Positions 30,003 to 40,500 of a stretch of 64,000 bases of DNA are shown one piece after another. Position 1 is the stretch's first letter, and each line of letters begins with the position of its first letter. The stretch is from Gemmatimonas sp. Its GTDB lineage: Bacteria > Gemmatimonadota > Gemmatimonadetes > Gemmatimonadales > Gemmatimonadaceae. The translations under genes were made by a program, and so were the position numbers. Under the pieces are notes generated by a model, which was given only the letters and a program-made list of their open reading frames with translations, did no database searches and was not told the DNA's origin. The DNA lies in the NCBI RefSeq assembly GCF_021298855.1, contig NZ_JAJTHI010000045.1, positions 10,709-74,708 of the forward strand, read 5' to 3'.

Positions 30003-31319
30003 TCAGCTCAGCGACTGACCGACCACATACAGCAGCAGTCCCACCAGGCCGCCCACCAGCGTGCCGTTGATGCGGATGAACTGCAGATCGCGACCGATCT
30101 GCAGTTCGATCTTGCGCGAGGTCGCGTCGGCGTCCCACGCCGCCACCGTCGTGGCGATCAGCGCGGCCACCTCCTCGCGCGCCTGCTCCACCGAGTACGT
30201 CACGAGCTCCACCACCCAGCCGTTCACCTTGTCGGCCAGAGCGGGATCGGCGAGTACCTTCTCGCCCAGCCCCGCCAACCACCGTTCCAGCTGATCGGGC
30301 TCGGCTTCCGTCTCGGTGGCCAACCGTTCGGCGTACTGCGCCAGACGCGACTTCACGTCGCCCCACACTTCGCGTGAGAATTCGGCCACGCCGGGGTGGT
30401 CGAGCAGCTCCAGCTTGATCTGCTCGGCACGGGCAATGGTCGCGGGATTCTCGCGCAGATTCTGCACGAAGCGCTCGACGGCCTCGTCGTAGCGCTTCCG
30501 CAGCGGGTGCGCCGGATCGGCGGCCACGGCCACGAGCGTCGCCTCCACACCACTCACGATCTTGTCCCCCAACCGGTTCTCCACGGCGCCCGGCACCCAC
30601 CACGGGCTCTCCTGCCGGATGCGCGCACGGATCATCTCCTCGTTCTCGTCGAGGAAACGCGCGGCGAGCCGCAGAGCATCGTCGAGCAGCGTCTGATGCC
30701 GTCCGTCCGCGGTGAGGAGCTCGAACGTCTTGGCGGCCAGCGGCGCCGCCTGCAGACGCCGCAACCGGGCCACGATGCCGCGGTCCACAAGCGTCTGCAC
30801 CTCCTCGTCGCGCAGCACTCCCACCGCACCGGACAGACCGTGCGCGGCGGCGCGCGCCAGGCGGCGGCTGTTCTCCGGCCGGGCCACCCACGCCGCCGCC
30901 CGCTCCCCCAGCTTCATGGCGCCCAGCTTGCTCGCCACGACCTCGCGCGTGAGGAAGTTGCGTTGCACGAAGTTGCCCAGCGCCGTCCCGATGCGATCCT
31001 TGCGCGCGGGCACGATGGCGGTGTGCGGAATGGGAATGCCCAGCGGGTGGCGAAAGAGGGCGGTCACCGCGAACCAGTCGGCAATGCCCCCCACCATGGC
31101 CGCTTCAGCGAAGGCGCGCAGATAGCCCAGCCACGGATACTGCGCCTCGTACACGCGGGCCGCGACGAACACCGCAGCCACCACCACCAGCATCGTGGTG
31201 GCGGCCCGCTTCATTTGCGCGAGGCGCACGCGACGCACTTCGTCGTCGGGGGTGATGCGCAGCGCCGCCGGCAGGGTGTGGTCGGCCGTGGGGGGGCCCA
31301 GCGGAGCAGGATTGGTCAT
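30003..31319 (-). CDS. DUF445 family membrane protein
   Basis: EAAMVGGIADWFAVTALFRHPLGIPIPHTAIVP..DLQFIRINGTLVGG. Confidence 0.92.
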   Translation of the reverse strand: MTNPAPLGPPTADHTLPAALRITPDDEVRRVRLAQMKRAATTMLVVVAAVFVAARVYEAQYPWLGYLRAFAEAAMVGGIADWFAVTALFRHPLGIPIPHTAIVPARKDRIGTALGNFVQRNFLTREVVASKLGAMKLGERAAAWVARPENSRRLARAAAHGLSGAVGVLRDEEVQTLVDRGIVARLRRLQAAPLAAKTFELLTADGRHQTLLDDALRLAARFLDENEEMIRARIRQESPWWVPGAVENRLGDKIVSGVEATLVAVAADPAHPLRKRYDEAVERFVQNLRENPATIARAEQIKLELLDHPGVAEFSREVWGDVKSRLAQYAERLATETEAEPDQLERWLAGLGEKVLADPALADKVNGWVVELVTYSVEQAREEVAALIATTVAAWDADATSRKIELQIGRDLQFIRINGTLVGGLVGLLLYVVGQSLS

Positions 31320-31351
31320 GGGCACGTCATGCCCGTCCCCGGTCGGTGTGG

Positions 31352-32671
31352 TCAGCGGCCGCCGGCCGGGGGGTCCACCACGATGCGGGACGGATCGATG
31401 GGGGCCGAAACGGCGGCAGGAAGGTCCATGTAGACCACTACGGGTGTTCCGTTCACCTGTTCCACGCTCAACGTCACCGTGCGCGCGCCGCGCACCGGTG
31501 TGGCGGCCACCTCGTAGCGGCGCGTCGTACTTCCGCCCGTGACTTCCGGCTTGGGCAGCGCATAGCGCCGACGCGCCGCGTCGCCCATGGCATCCAGAAA
31601 GTCCGCCGCATCCGCCGGGGAATCCCACACGGAGGCCCAGACGAGGGCGTTGCCCTGCGCCGTCCGAATGACGGCATAGCGGTCTCCGTCCACGCCGGTG
31701 GCGGCGCGCCGTGCGAGCTCGTCGTCCTTGATGTGCTGCACCAGCGCCAGCCGCGTTTCGAACTCGCCGAAGGTGTTGCTGTAGATCACCTCTCCCGCAC
31801 GCGGCGCCGGCAAGGTGACCCGCGCGGGCAGGTCACGCCCGGATGCCCCGCCACCGAAGTACGCGGAGTCGCTGAGGATCTGCTTGGTGGAGACCGGCAG
31901 GTCGGTCAGGAGTTCCTTCTCCGGCCGCACGTTGATGAAGCGCCGTACGAAGTCAGCCCCGCCGAGGTAGGGGAAGAGCAACCCCTCACGCACGGCGCGC
32001 GGCGCCGACGCGAAGACCGGCATCCCCACCGAGCCCTCGCGGATCATGTCCCGGATGCGATCCCAGCCACCAGGCGCCTTGAGCATGGGCCCGGCATTGG
32101 CGTCGATGCGCAACTGCATGAACACCGCCTGGCCTTCCAGCACCGCCTGCGCCGCCACCTGGCGATCCCCGTCGTCCACCTGGGCCTGAATGGAATCGAC
32201 CTTCACATACTGGTCCTGCAAGGCGTGCACCAGTTCGTGCGAGACCGTCTGCTTGAGCAGCGCGTCGGGCGCCCCTTCCACCACGTAGAGCACCTTGGTG
32301 GCCGGGTCGTAATACCCTACGATCTGCTCCTCCAGCAGACGTTGCAGCAGCACGCCCAGCTGCATCGTGTCGGGCACAAGGCCGAGCAGCTTGTACGCGG
32401 CCTCCTGTCCGGCCACTTGCGTGCGCCCACGCTCGCTCTCGAGCTGCTTGCGCACGAACGCCGCCACCTCGTCGCGCGAGCGCTGCTCCACCTTGGGCGG
32501 CGTCTTGAAGGGCAGCCCCATTTCCCGCTCGATCTTGGGCACGAACTCGGCCACGAGGTCGGCATAGGGGCCCTCACCGTTCTTCGGCGTGTCGCCGCAG
32601 GCCGCGACGACGGAGGCAACCAGGACGAACGCCGCCGCACGGATGCGCGGCAGGCGGAGCGAATGGGTCAT
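31352..32671 (-). CDS. Lipoprotein, putative zinc metallopeptidase (HExxH)
   Basis: VVAAC lipobox; GYYDP, SHELVHALQDQ, AVLEGQA, LFPYLGG. Confidence 0.75.
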   Translation of the reverse strand: MTHSLRLPRIRAAAFVLVASVVAACGDTPKNGEGPYADLVAEFVPKIEREMGLPFKTPPKVEQRSRDEVAAFVRKQLESERGRTQVAGQEAAYKLLGLVPDTMQLGVLLQRLLEEQIVGYYDPATKVLYVVEGAPDALLKQTVSHELVHALQDQYVKVDSIQAQVDDGDRQVAAQAVLEGQAVFMQLRIDANAGPMLKAPGGWDRIRDMIREGSVGMPVFASAPRAVREGLLFPYLGGADFVRRFINVRPEKELLTDLPVSTKQILSDSAYFGGGASGRDLPARVTLPAPRAGEVIYSNTFGEFETRLALVQHIKDDELARRAATGVDGDRYAVIRTAQGNALVWASVWDSPADAADFLDAMGDAARRRYALPKPEVTGGSTTRRYEVAATPVRGARTVTLSVEQVNGTPVVVYMDLPAAVSAPIDPSRIVVDPPAGGR

Positions 32672-32679
32672 GGGCAAGG

Positions 32680-33600
32680 TCAGGCGGAGAACGCGCGCTC
32701 GACGTACCAGCGGATCAGCGCATCACCCCAAAGCAAGGTGAGCAACGCACCGGGCGCAAGGAAGACACCAAAAGGGACGTCCGGGAAGGCGAACGCCTCA
32801 CCGCGCCGACTCGTGCGCAGCTTCACGATGGGTCCCACGATCAGCAGGAACGTGACGGCCCCCACGAACGCCCCCGTGATGATGGTGAGCAGCGAGCGTT
32901 CGGCCCCCAGGGCCGCCCCCACCACCGCCATGGGCGTCGTCTGCCCGAACCCCATGGCCTCGCGCTTCATGATCACCTCCGCCAGCCACCCGATGATCGT
33001 GATGGCACCGGCTCCGACACAGGCGCCAAGAATGGCCGGCCAGGGCGAGACGAAGTGCGAGGGTTCGCCCACGAAGACGTTGGCGACGGCAAAGAGCAGC
33101 ATGAGCAGCAGCCCCGAGACGGTGAAGCCGTCGGGGATGAGGTAATGCTTGGCGTCGGTGACGGCGATCCCCAGGAGCAGCGTGGCAAAGGTGGCCACCC
33201 GCACGGCTTCGAGCGTGACCCCGAAGTGGTAGACCGCCGCCGTCCACCCCAGTCCCACGATCACTTCGATCAACGGGTACTGGACGGAGATCGGCAACGC
33301 GCAGCCGGCGCACTGGCCGCGCAGGAGCAGCCAGCTGAGCACCGGGATGTTTTCGAACCAGCGGATTTGCCGTTCGCAGCGCGGACAGCGCGACCGCGGA
33401 CGCACCACGCTCAGTTCGAGCGGCCAGCGCGCAATGCAGACGTTGAGAAACGATCCGAAGCAGGCGCCCACCACGAAGGCCGAGAGCAGAACCAGCAACA
33501 GCTCCGCGAGGGGGAACGACGCGAGCGCGGGGCCGGTGGACAGACCGCTCAGGGCGGCCGAATCGGCGACGGCGGGGGCAAACGGGGGCGATGCGTGCAT
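32680..33600 (-). CDS. pilD: Prepilin peptidase A24 family (GxGD motif altered to GFGQ)
   Basis: GSFLNVCIARWP, RSRCPRC, ENIPVLSWLLLRGQCAGC, SVQYPLIE, TDAKHYLIPD, PFGVFLA. Confidence 0.9.
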   Translation of the reverse strand: MHASPPFAPAVADSAALSGLSTGPALASFPLAELLLVLLSAFVVGACFGSFLNVCIARWPLELSVVRPRSRCPRCERQIRWFENIPVLSWLLLRGQCAGCALPISVQYPLIEVIVGLGWTAAVYHFGVTLEAVRVATFATLLLGIAVTDAKHYLIPDGFTVSGLLLMLLFAVANVFVGEPSHFVSPWPAILGACVGAGAITIIGWLAEVIMKREAMGFGQTTPMAVVGAALGAERSLLTIITGAFVGAVTFLLIVGPIVKLRTSRRGEAFAFPDVPFGVFLAPGALLTLLWGDALIRWYVERAFSA

Positions 33601-33604
33601 GCCG

Positions 33605-34393
33605 TCAGGACGACCGAGCGCCCGCCTGCGCCACGCCCAGCGCGTACAGCACGATGGCGGCGGCTGCCGCCACGTTGAACGATTCCACCGTGGCAGCCAT
33701 GGGAATGCGCAGCCGGCGATCGACCGCCGCCGCCACGTGGGGGGACAGCCCGGCCCCCTCGTTGCTCACCACCAGCGCCAGCCGCTCGGGGAGCGCACCG
33801 GCCGCGACCTCGGGGAGCGGGTCTCCCTCGAGATCGGCAGCCCAGAGCGCCACCCGATGCTGGGCCAGGAACCCCGCCAGATCATTCCACCCCATGGTGG
33901 CCACGGGATGATGAAAGAGCGCCCCCATACTGCTGCGCACGACCTTGGCGTTCCAGAAGTCGACCGTCCCGGGGAGGGCGATGGTGGCAGTGACCCCGAG
34001 CGCGGCGGCGGTGCGCACCACGGTGCCCACGTTGCCCGGGTCCTGCAGGGCGTCGAGCACCAGATACCGCGCGCCGGCGCCTGGAGCGAGGGTCGCCGCC
34101 GCGGGGATATCGGCCACCGCGAGCACTCCCTGCGGCGCGTCGGTGTCGCTCGCACTGGCCAGTTCGTCCTCCGTCACGACGTGCACCGGCACCCCGCGCG
34201 TTTCCGCTTGCTGCTGCAGCGCCAATCCGCGTGCCTGTCGTGGCAGCGCGTCGGTGACCAGCATGCCGGTTACGGTGACCGGGGAGGCGAGCAGCGCCTC
34301 CACCGTCCGCACGCCTTCGGCCACGAACCGGTGCTGCCGTTCGCGGCCCTTCCGACGCTGCAGGTCACGCGCAAGTGTGAGTAGCTTCACCAA
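33605..34393 (-). CDS. TrmH/SpoU family RNA 2'-O-methyltransferase
   Basis: FVAEG, LDALQDPGNVGTVVRT, VVRSSMG, NEGAG, IPM..ESFNVA. Confidence 0.92.
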   Translation of the reverse strand: MVKLLTLARDLQRRKGRERQHRFVAEGVRTVEALLASPVTVTGMLVTDALPRQARGLALQQQAETRGVPVHVVTEDELASASDTDAPQGVLAVADIPAAATLAPGAGARYLVLDALQDPGNVGTVVRTAAALGVTATIALPGTVDFWNAKVVRSSMGALFHHPVATMGWNDLAGFLAQHRVALWAADLEGDPLPEVAAGALPERLALVVSNEGAGLSPHVAAAVDRRLRIPMAATVESFNVAAAAAIVLYALGVAQAGARSS

Positions 34394-34539
34394 AATGGGG
34401 GCAACTCGCGGAGTTCGCGGGTAGTACGTAACAGAGGCTCGGCAGCGGCCATCGGGCCGCGCGGAACAGCGGCAAGTGCCACGGCGGAGGGAATATGGCG
34501 GGAAACGGGGCGTGGGGTAGCGGTGCCGACACCGGCAGG

Positions 34540-35349
34540 GTGACCACGCGTGTGCGCCGCGCAGCGGCCGTGGGCGCCCTGTTGGCCGTGGGGGCCTGTG
34601 TTCCCGGCACGGCCCAGGAGGTGGCCATGGGCAGCCAGTATGCGCAGCAGATCGAGCAGCAGCTGCCCATGGTGCGCGACCCGGAGATCGTGCGCTACAT
34701 CAACGTGCTGGGTGATTCCATCGCGCGGGTCGTGGACGATCGCAGTCTCACCTGGCGCTTCAACGTCGTCGACCAGCCCGAGATCAACGCCTTCGCCGTG
34801 CCGGGGGGGCACATCTACGTGAACCGCGGGCTCATCGAGCGCACCACCAACATGTCGGAGCTTGCCGGCGTGCTGGGGCACGAGATCGCCCACGTGACGC
34901 AGCGGCACAGCATGAAGCAGATGGCCGCCGCGCAGCGCGCCAACTACGGCCTCAGCATCGGCTGCATTCTGGCCCCCTCCTTCTGCCAGGGCCTTGCCGG
35001 GACGGGGGTCTCGGTGCTGGCGCAGGCCGGCTTTGCCAAGTTCAGCCGGGACGATGAAACCGAGTCCGATCGTTTTGGCGTGAAGTACGTCACGCGGGCC
35101 GGCATCGATCCGCGCGGCATGCCCAGCATGTTCCGCATTCTGCTGCGGGAACGCGAACGCAATCCGGGATCGGTGGAAGCGTGGTTCGCGTCGCACCCCA
35201 TCGAAGAAAGCCGCATTCGCACCACCGAAGAGGAAATCGACCGCATTGACCCGGTGGTGCTGCGCTCGCTCACGCGCGACTCGCGCAGCTTCCAGTCCTT
35301 CAAGGAACGGTTGGCGGCGCTCCCCCGCTCACCGGCTCCGCGGCGATAA
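34540..35349 (+). CDS. M48 family zinc metalloprotease, lipoprotein
   Basis: AVGAC lipobox; INAFAVPGGHIYVNRGL, ELAGVLGHEIAH, FSRDDETESD, SHP. Confidence 0.92.
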   Translation: MTTRVRRAAAVGALLAVGACVPGTAQEVAMGSQYAQQIEQQLPMVRDPEIVRYINVLGDSIARVVDDRSLTWRFNVVDQPEINAFAVPGGHIYVNRGLIERTTNMSELAGVLGHEIAHVTQRHSMKQMAAAQRANYGLSIGCILAPSFCQGLAGTGVSVLAQAGFAKFSRDDETESDRFGVKYVTRAGIDPRGMPSMFRILLRERERNPGSVEAWFASHPIEESRIRTTEEEIDRIDPVVLRSLTRDSRSFQSFKERLAALPRSPAPRR

Positions 35350-35351
35350 CG

Positions 35352-36197
35352 TCAGGGGAGTCGCCGCACGAACTCGGTAATCAGGGCCTCGAACTGGCCG
35401 CCGGCGGCCTTCCCCGCCTCCATCACCTCGGCATGACTGAGCCGGTCAGCCGACAGTCCGGCCGCCTTGTTGGTGATGCACGAGACGGCCACGACGCGCA
35501 GGCCGATGGCGCGCGCCATGATGACCTCGGGCACCGTGGACATGCCCACGGCATCTGCGCCAAGGCGCTCGAGCATGCGCACCTCGGCCGGTGTTTCGTA
35601 CGTCGGTCCCAGCAGTCCGCAGTACACCCCGTCCTGCAGCGGCACACCGACCGCCGATGCCGCCTCGCGCATGAGTGCACGCAGCGCCGGATCGTACGGA
35701 TCGGACATGTCGGGGAATCGTTCGTCACCCGGCTCGACGGGCCCCGTGAGGGGATTGCGGAACATCAGGTTGATGTGATCGGCAATGAGCATCAGATCGC
35801 CCGGCGCGAAGGAACGGCGCACCCCACCGGCGGCGTTGGAGGCGATGTACACGGGGGCGCCCAGCGCGTGCAGCACGCGCACCGGGAACGCAGCGAGAGA
35901 CGCCTGGTGCCCCTCGTACATGTGGAATCGACCCGCCAGCATGACCACCGGCCGGCCGGCGAGACGTCCCAGCAGCACCTGCCCCGCATGACCGGCCACC
36001 GTGGCCACCGGAAAGCCGGGGATATGGGAGAACGGGATGGCCCGCGCCTGCTCGAGGCGGTGCGCCAACCCCCCGAGCCCTGACCCCAGCACGATGCCGG
36101 CCACGGGGGCCTCCCAGTCGCCCCCGCCCTGCTCGCGAATGAACGCCGCCGCGGCCTGCGCGTGCGGGCCCCCCGCCGACTGCCTGGCGGTCGTCAT
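35352..36197 (-). CDS. punA: Purine-nucleoside phosphorylase (trimeric type)
   Basis: GIVLGSGLG, GHAG, GRFHMYEG, NAAGG, GPTYETPAE, VGMSTVPE. Confidence 0.95.
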   Translation of the reverse strand: MTTARQSAGGPHAQAAAAFIREQGGGDWEAPVAGIVLGSGLGGLAHRLEQARAIPFSHIPGFPVATVAGHAGQVLLGRLAGRPVVMLAGRFHMYEGHQASLAAFPVRVLHALGAPVYIASNAAGGVRRSFAPGDLMLIADHINLMFRNPLTGPVEPGDERFPDMSDPYDPALRALMREAASAVGVPLQDGVYCGLLGPTYETPAEVRMLERLGADAVGMSTVPEVIMARAIGLRVVAVSCITNKAAGLSADRLSHAEVMEAGKAAGGQFEALITEFVRRLP

Positions 36198-37291
36198 GCG
36201 GCACCATCCACCTGATGGCCGGCCGGTAGAAAGAGCGCTGGCCAGGGCGATGTCATGCGGGCGAGGTCGCGTTCGGCGCTCGCGCGCAGCGCCTGTCGCT
36301 CCGCGTACGGCAGAAACCCGGCATCGAAGGCCTGGAGGGCCACCTGCGCCAGCGTCTCGTGGCTCCAGCCGAGGTGCACGGCGCAGCTCACGAATTCATC
36401 GGTGAGCGACACCCCGCTCATCATGGTGTTGTCCGTGTTCACCGTGACCAGCGCGCCCAGCTGGCGATAGCGTTCGATGGGGTGCTCGGCAAAAACGTGC
36501 ACGACCCGCGTCTGCACGTTGCTGGTGGGGCACACCTCGAGCGCGATGCGTCGGTCCACCACATAGGCCTCGAGCGCCGGGTCTTCGCGCAGCCGCGTCC
36601 CGTGTCCGATGCGATTGGCCCCACACTGGTGCACCGCCTCGTGGATGGATGCGGCGCCGTCGCCCTCGCCGGCATGGACCGTGACGGCCAGGTTGTTGTG
36701 CCGTGCGTACTCGAAGGCGGGGGCATGCGCCCGCGCCGGGTTGCCACGTTCACCACCCGCCAGATCGAAGGCCACGACCCCACGTCGCTGGTAGGCCACG
36801 GCGAGTTCGGCCATTGCCATGCTGTGCGGCCACGGCAGGCTGCGTAGCGCGCACACGATGAGCCGCGCCACGACGCCCCCCGGTGCCTCCCCCGCCTGCA
36901 GTCCAGCCAGCACCGCCTCCATGACCGCATCGGCCGAGAGGCCTTCGCGCGTGTGCAGCGCGGGACAGAACCGCACCTCCACGTAACGGATGCCGTCGGC
37001 GGCCGCATCGGCCACGAGTTCCCGTGCAATGCGCCGGAGTTCATCCGCCGTCTGCATGACCGCCAGGGTGATCTCGAACCGGGCGAGGTACTCCGCCAGG
37101 TCGTGCGCATCGTCGACGCGCATCCAGCGGGCCAGCGCTGCGTCATGCTGATGCGGCAGCGCGAGCCCGCGGGCGGCCGAGAGTTCGCGCAGCGTGGCCG
37201 CACGCAGGGAGCCGTCGAGGTGGCAGTGCAGCTCGGCCTTGGGCATCGCGCGGACGTGGGCGACGAAATCGGGATTGAGCGTCGGGGTCAT
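36194..37291 (-). CDS. add: Adenosine deaminase
   Basis: PKAELHCHLDGSLR, YVEVRF, FDLAGGE, TVHAGE, RIGHG, CPTSN, NTDN. Confidence 0.95.
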   Translation of the reverse strand: MTPTLNPDFVAHVRAMPKAELHCHLDGSLRAATLRELSAARGLALPHQHDAALARWMRVDDAHDLAEYLARFEITLAVMQTADELRRIARELVADAAADGIRYVEVRFCPALHTREGLSADAVMEAVLAGLQAGEAPGGVVARLIVCALRSLPWPHSMAMAELAVAYQRRGVVAFDLAGGERGNPARAHAPAFEYARHNNLAVTVHAGEGDGAASIHEAVHQCGANRIGHGTRLREDPALEAYVVDRRIALEVCPTSNVQTRVVHVFAEHPIERYRQLGALVTVNTDNTMMSGVSLTDEFVSCAVHLGWSHETLAQVALQAFDAGFLPYAERQALRASAERDLARMTSPWPALFLPAGHQVDGAA

Positions 37292-37527
37292 GGCGTACCG
37301 TCGCTCAGCCGCTCGCGCGCCGTCACGACCCGGAAGATCGCGCCGCCCACCACTGGCGTGTCGGCGGCGATGGGCAGTCCCCGACTGTCGGTGAGGCGCA
37401 GCCGTCCGCTTGCCAGGCCGTCCGCATCGTCGGGGAAAAGGGCGCGCACCGCATCGAGTGCCACCGTTCCGGCGGGCACGGACACGCCACGCTCGTTCAC
37501 GAACACACGGACATCCGTGTTGGACAT
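37288..37527 (-). CDS. Small (79 aa) cysteine-free beta-grasp/ubiquitin-like hypothetical protein
   Basis: MSNTDVRVFVNERGVSVPAGTVALDAV..RLTDSRG..GGAIFRVV; coupled on both sides (TGATG and ATGA). Confidence 0.75.
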   Translation of the reverse strand: MSNTDVRVFVNERGVSVPAGTVALDAVRALFPDDADGLASGRLRLTDSRGLPIAADTPVVGGAIFRVVTARERLSDGTP

Positions 37528-40500
37528 CAATTGCTCCCTGCCGTGATGGGACGCACCCGCTCGGTGGGGTCGCCACGCACCGGTTGCGGCTGTTGCGAGA
37601 GGAAGGCGCGTACGGCGTCGATATCGCGCACCGTGAGAAACTCGGTGGCGATGGCTCCGGCCAGCTGCCCGCTGAAGTCGTTCTCCACCATGAAATCGTT
37701 CATGGCCACCGTGTAGATCCGATCGGGCTCGATGGGGCGCCCTGCCGCGTCGAGCGCGCGCACGACCCGCGCCCCGCGTGGACGGGCCGGGTCGTATTCG
37801 ACGGACACTCCGCTCACGTGTGCGTCCGGCCGACCGCGATCCACCGTGGCTTCGAGCAGCTGCAGCAGCGTACGCCCGCGCAGGCGGACGCGTGCCACGA
37901 GATTGCCGAACGGCGTCACGTAGTGGATCCCGCCGTAGTTCAGTGGGCCGGCGGCAAGGTCGGCCCGCACGCCGCCATTGTTCCACATCCCCACGTCGCT
38001 TCCGGCAGCAGCGCGGACAGCGTCGGCCAGCATGTTCCCCACCGGGTTCTGCGCACCGGCCCGCCGCATGGGCTCGGCCAACGTGGCCACCGGCTGCTGC
38101 AATTGCGGACGTACGCGCTCCATGGCCATGCGCACGATCGAATCGACCTCCGGCACAGCCTCGGCCACCTCATCACCGCGCACCGGGCGTACCTCGGTGC
38201 GTGCCGGTCCGCCACCCACCGGCACGTCCACCACCACGATGCCACGGCCACTCGATGTGGGTTCGACGGCAGGCATGCCGTTGAAGTCGAGCGAGAGGTT
38301 CACATGGGCGTGTCCCATGACGTACACGTCGGGGCGATCCGCCCCCATCTCGCCCAGGCGCCGGCCAATATCGATGCCGGCACCGCTGCAGTCGGTGGGG
38401 CGATCGCGCTCACAGCGGCCGCCGTCGTGAATGACCGCCACCACGACCTGTGCGCCCGCCGCGCGCAACGCGCGGGTGCGCTCGACGAACACCGGGACCG
38501 GGTCGAGGAAGGTGAGCGGCCCCACCTTGCGGCGGCTGGCGGTGTTGGGGGTGTGCGTTCCGGCGGCGCCCACGATGCCGATTCGCACCGTGCCACGCGT
38601 GACGATCGTGTCGGCACGCAGCCAGGCGGGCCGCTCGCCGTCGGGGCCACGCACGTTCGCGCCCAAGATGGCGTGGCGCAGCTCGCGCATGCGCGCGCGC
38701 AGCGTGTCCTGACCGAAGTCGAATTCATGATTGCCCAGCGCACCGGCGGCCACGTCGAGGCGGTTCACCACGTCCACGGTGGGCCGTCCGCCGTGCCAGT
38801 CGGAGGCCGGCGAGCCGGTGAACAGGTCGCCGGCATCGATCACCACATGCTGGCAGGCGGGGGGCTGGCATTCCCGTTGGGCGCGCCGAATGGCCGCCGA
38901 CAGCGCCACGGCGCCCCCCACGGGGGCGTTGCCCTGATCGAACTGCGGACGCAACGCCGCGTGAAAATCGCTCATGGCGATCACCCGCACGGTCGGCGAT
39001 CCGGAAGGGGCGCTGGCCGCGCGCCCCGGCTGCTGCTCGGCGTAGGCCTGCTCGCGGGCCGACGCCGGTTCCAACGTCCAGTTTCGCTGCGCGTAGGCGG
39101 CGGGATCGAGCGTGCCGGCCCGGCGCACTTCATCGATGACCAGCTGCCGGATGTCGAGGTCCCGGTCGTAGACCAGCGGCGCGCCGGCCAACATGGAGAA
39201 CCCGCCGCCGCCCCCCTGCCGGTAATTGTTGAGGGCCATCGTGAAGCTGTCGGTGGGGAGCACCTCGCGCCCGCGTACCTGCAGACGGGTGATGCGCTGG
39301 CCGACCGGGCGCCGCAGGTCGATCGTGTAGTCCGCGCCACTCACGACATCGAAGTTGTAGCCCGGTACCGACGGATCGAGGATGCCCCCGGCGGCCCGGC
39401 CATCGGCCCCCACGGTGCGATAGTATCGCGCCGCATGTTCGAGGAAGTCCCGGAGCTGCGCGCCGGTGATGCGCACGGCGCGGAGCGTATTGTCGTAGGG
39501 ATACAGCCGCGACAGCTCGGCCTGGGTGATGGCGCCCGTATCGAGCGCCGCCTCCAGGGAAAAGGCGGCCGTGGCCGACAGCTCGGCGCCGGTGGTGCGT
39601 CGCATGACCTCGTTGACGAGGTCCGTGATGGGGGCGTCGGTGACGCGCGCGCTGTCGGCGCGCCACGCCACGCTCGTACGCCCCACCGGCTCATTGACCC
39701 ACGCAACGGTGGCCTCGTGTGTGCTGCGCGCCGCCGCCAGCACGTCGGGGTGCTCGCGATGCCCCGCCACCCGCACGGCGCGCCCGGTACGCGCCACCAC
39801 GCTCCAGCGGCCCTGGCGCCGCTCGAGGGTGAGCGTGCCCAGCCCCACCGACCCCGCCCAGTTGCGGGGCTGCATGACGAGCGCCCCGTTGATGGTGGAA
39901 TCCACCAGCTCGCGGTGCGAGTGCCCGTAGACCACGACGTCGATGCCGTCGATTTCCCGTGGAATGCGTGCCGCCACGTTTTCGGACGGGAGCCCCGTGG
40001 CGACCGTGTCGTAGCTCGCCGGTTCGTTCAACCCGGAGTGCAGCAGCACCAGCACGACATCGGCCTTCGCGCGGCGCGCCTCCTGCACACGCTGACGCAC
40101 CGCCGGCACGATATCGGTGACCGTCAGCCCCGCGGCCTTGAGATGTTCGCGATCCCACACCATGGAGCCGGGGGTCGTCCCCCCGATGATGGCCACCCGC
40201 ACGCCGCGTCGCGTGACCATGGTATACGGGGCCACCCAGGGTTTCCCCTGCGCGTCCAGCACGTTGGCCGCCACGAACGGAAAGCCCGCCTGCGCGATCG
40301 CCTTCTGCAGCAGCGGCACGCCGTAGTTGAACTCGTGGTTCCCCAGCACGGCGGCATCGTAGCGCATGACGTTCATGGCGGCGATGACGGGGTGCACCGG
40401 CGTGGGCCGAACGCGCGCCGCCACGTAGAGCAGCGGGTTGCCCTGCAGGATGTCGCCCCCTTCCACGAGCACGACGCCGTCGGGATTGGCCCGCCGGGCG

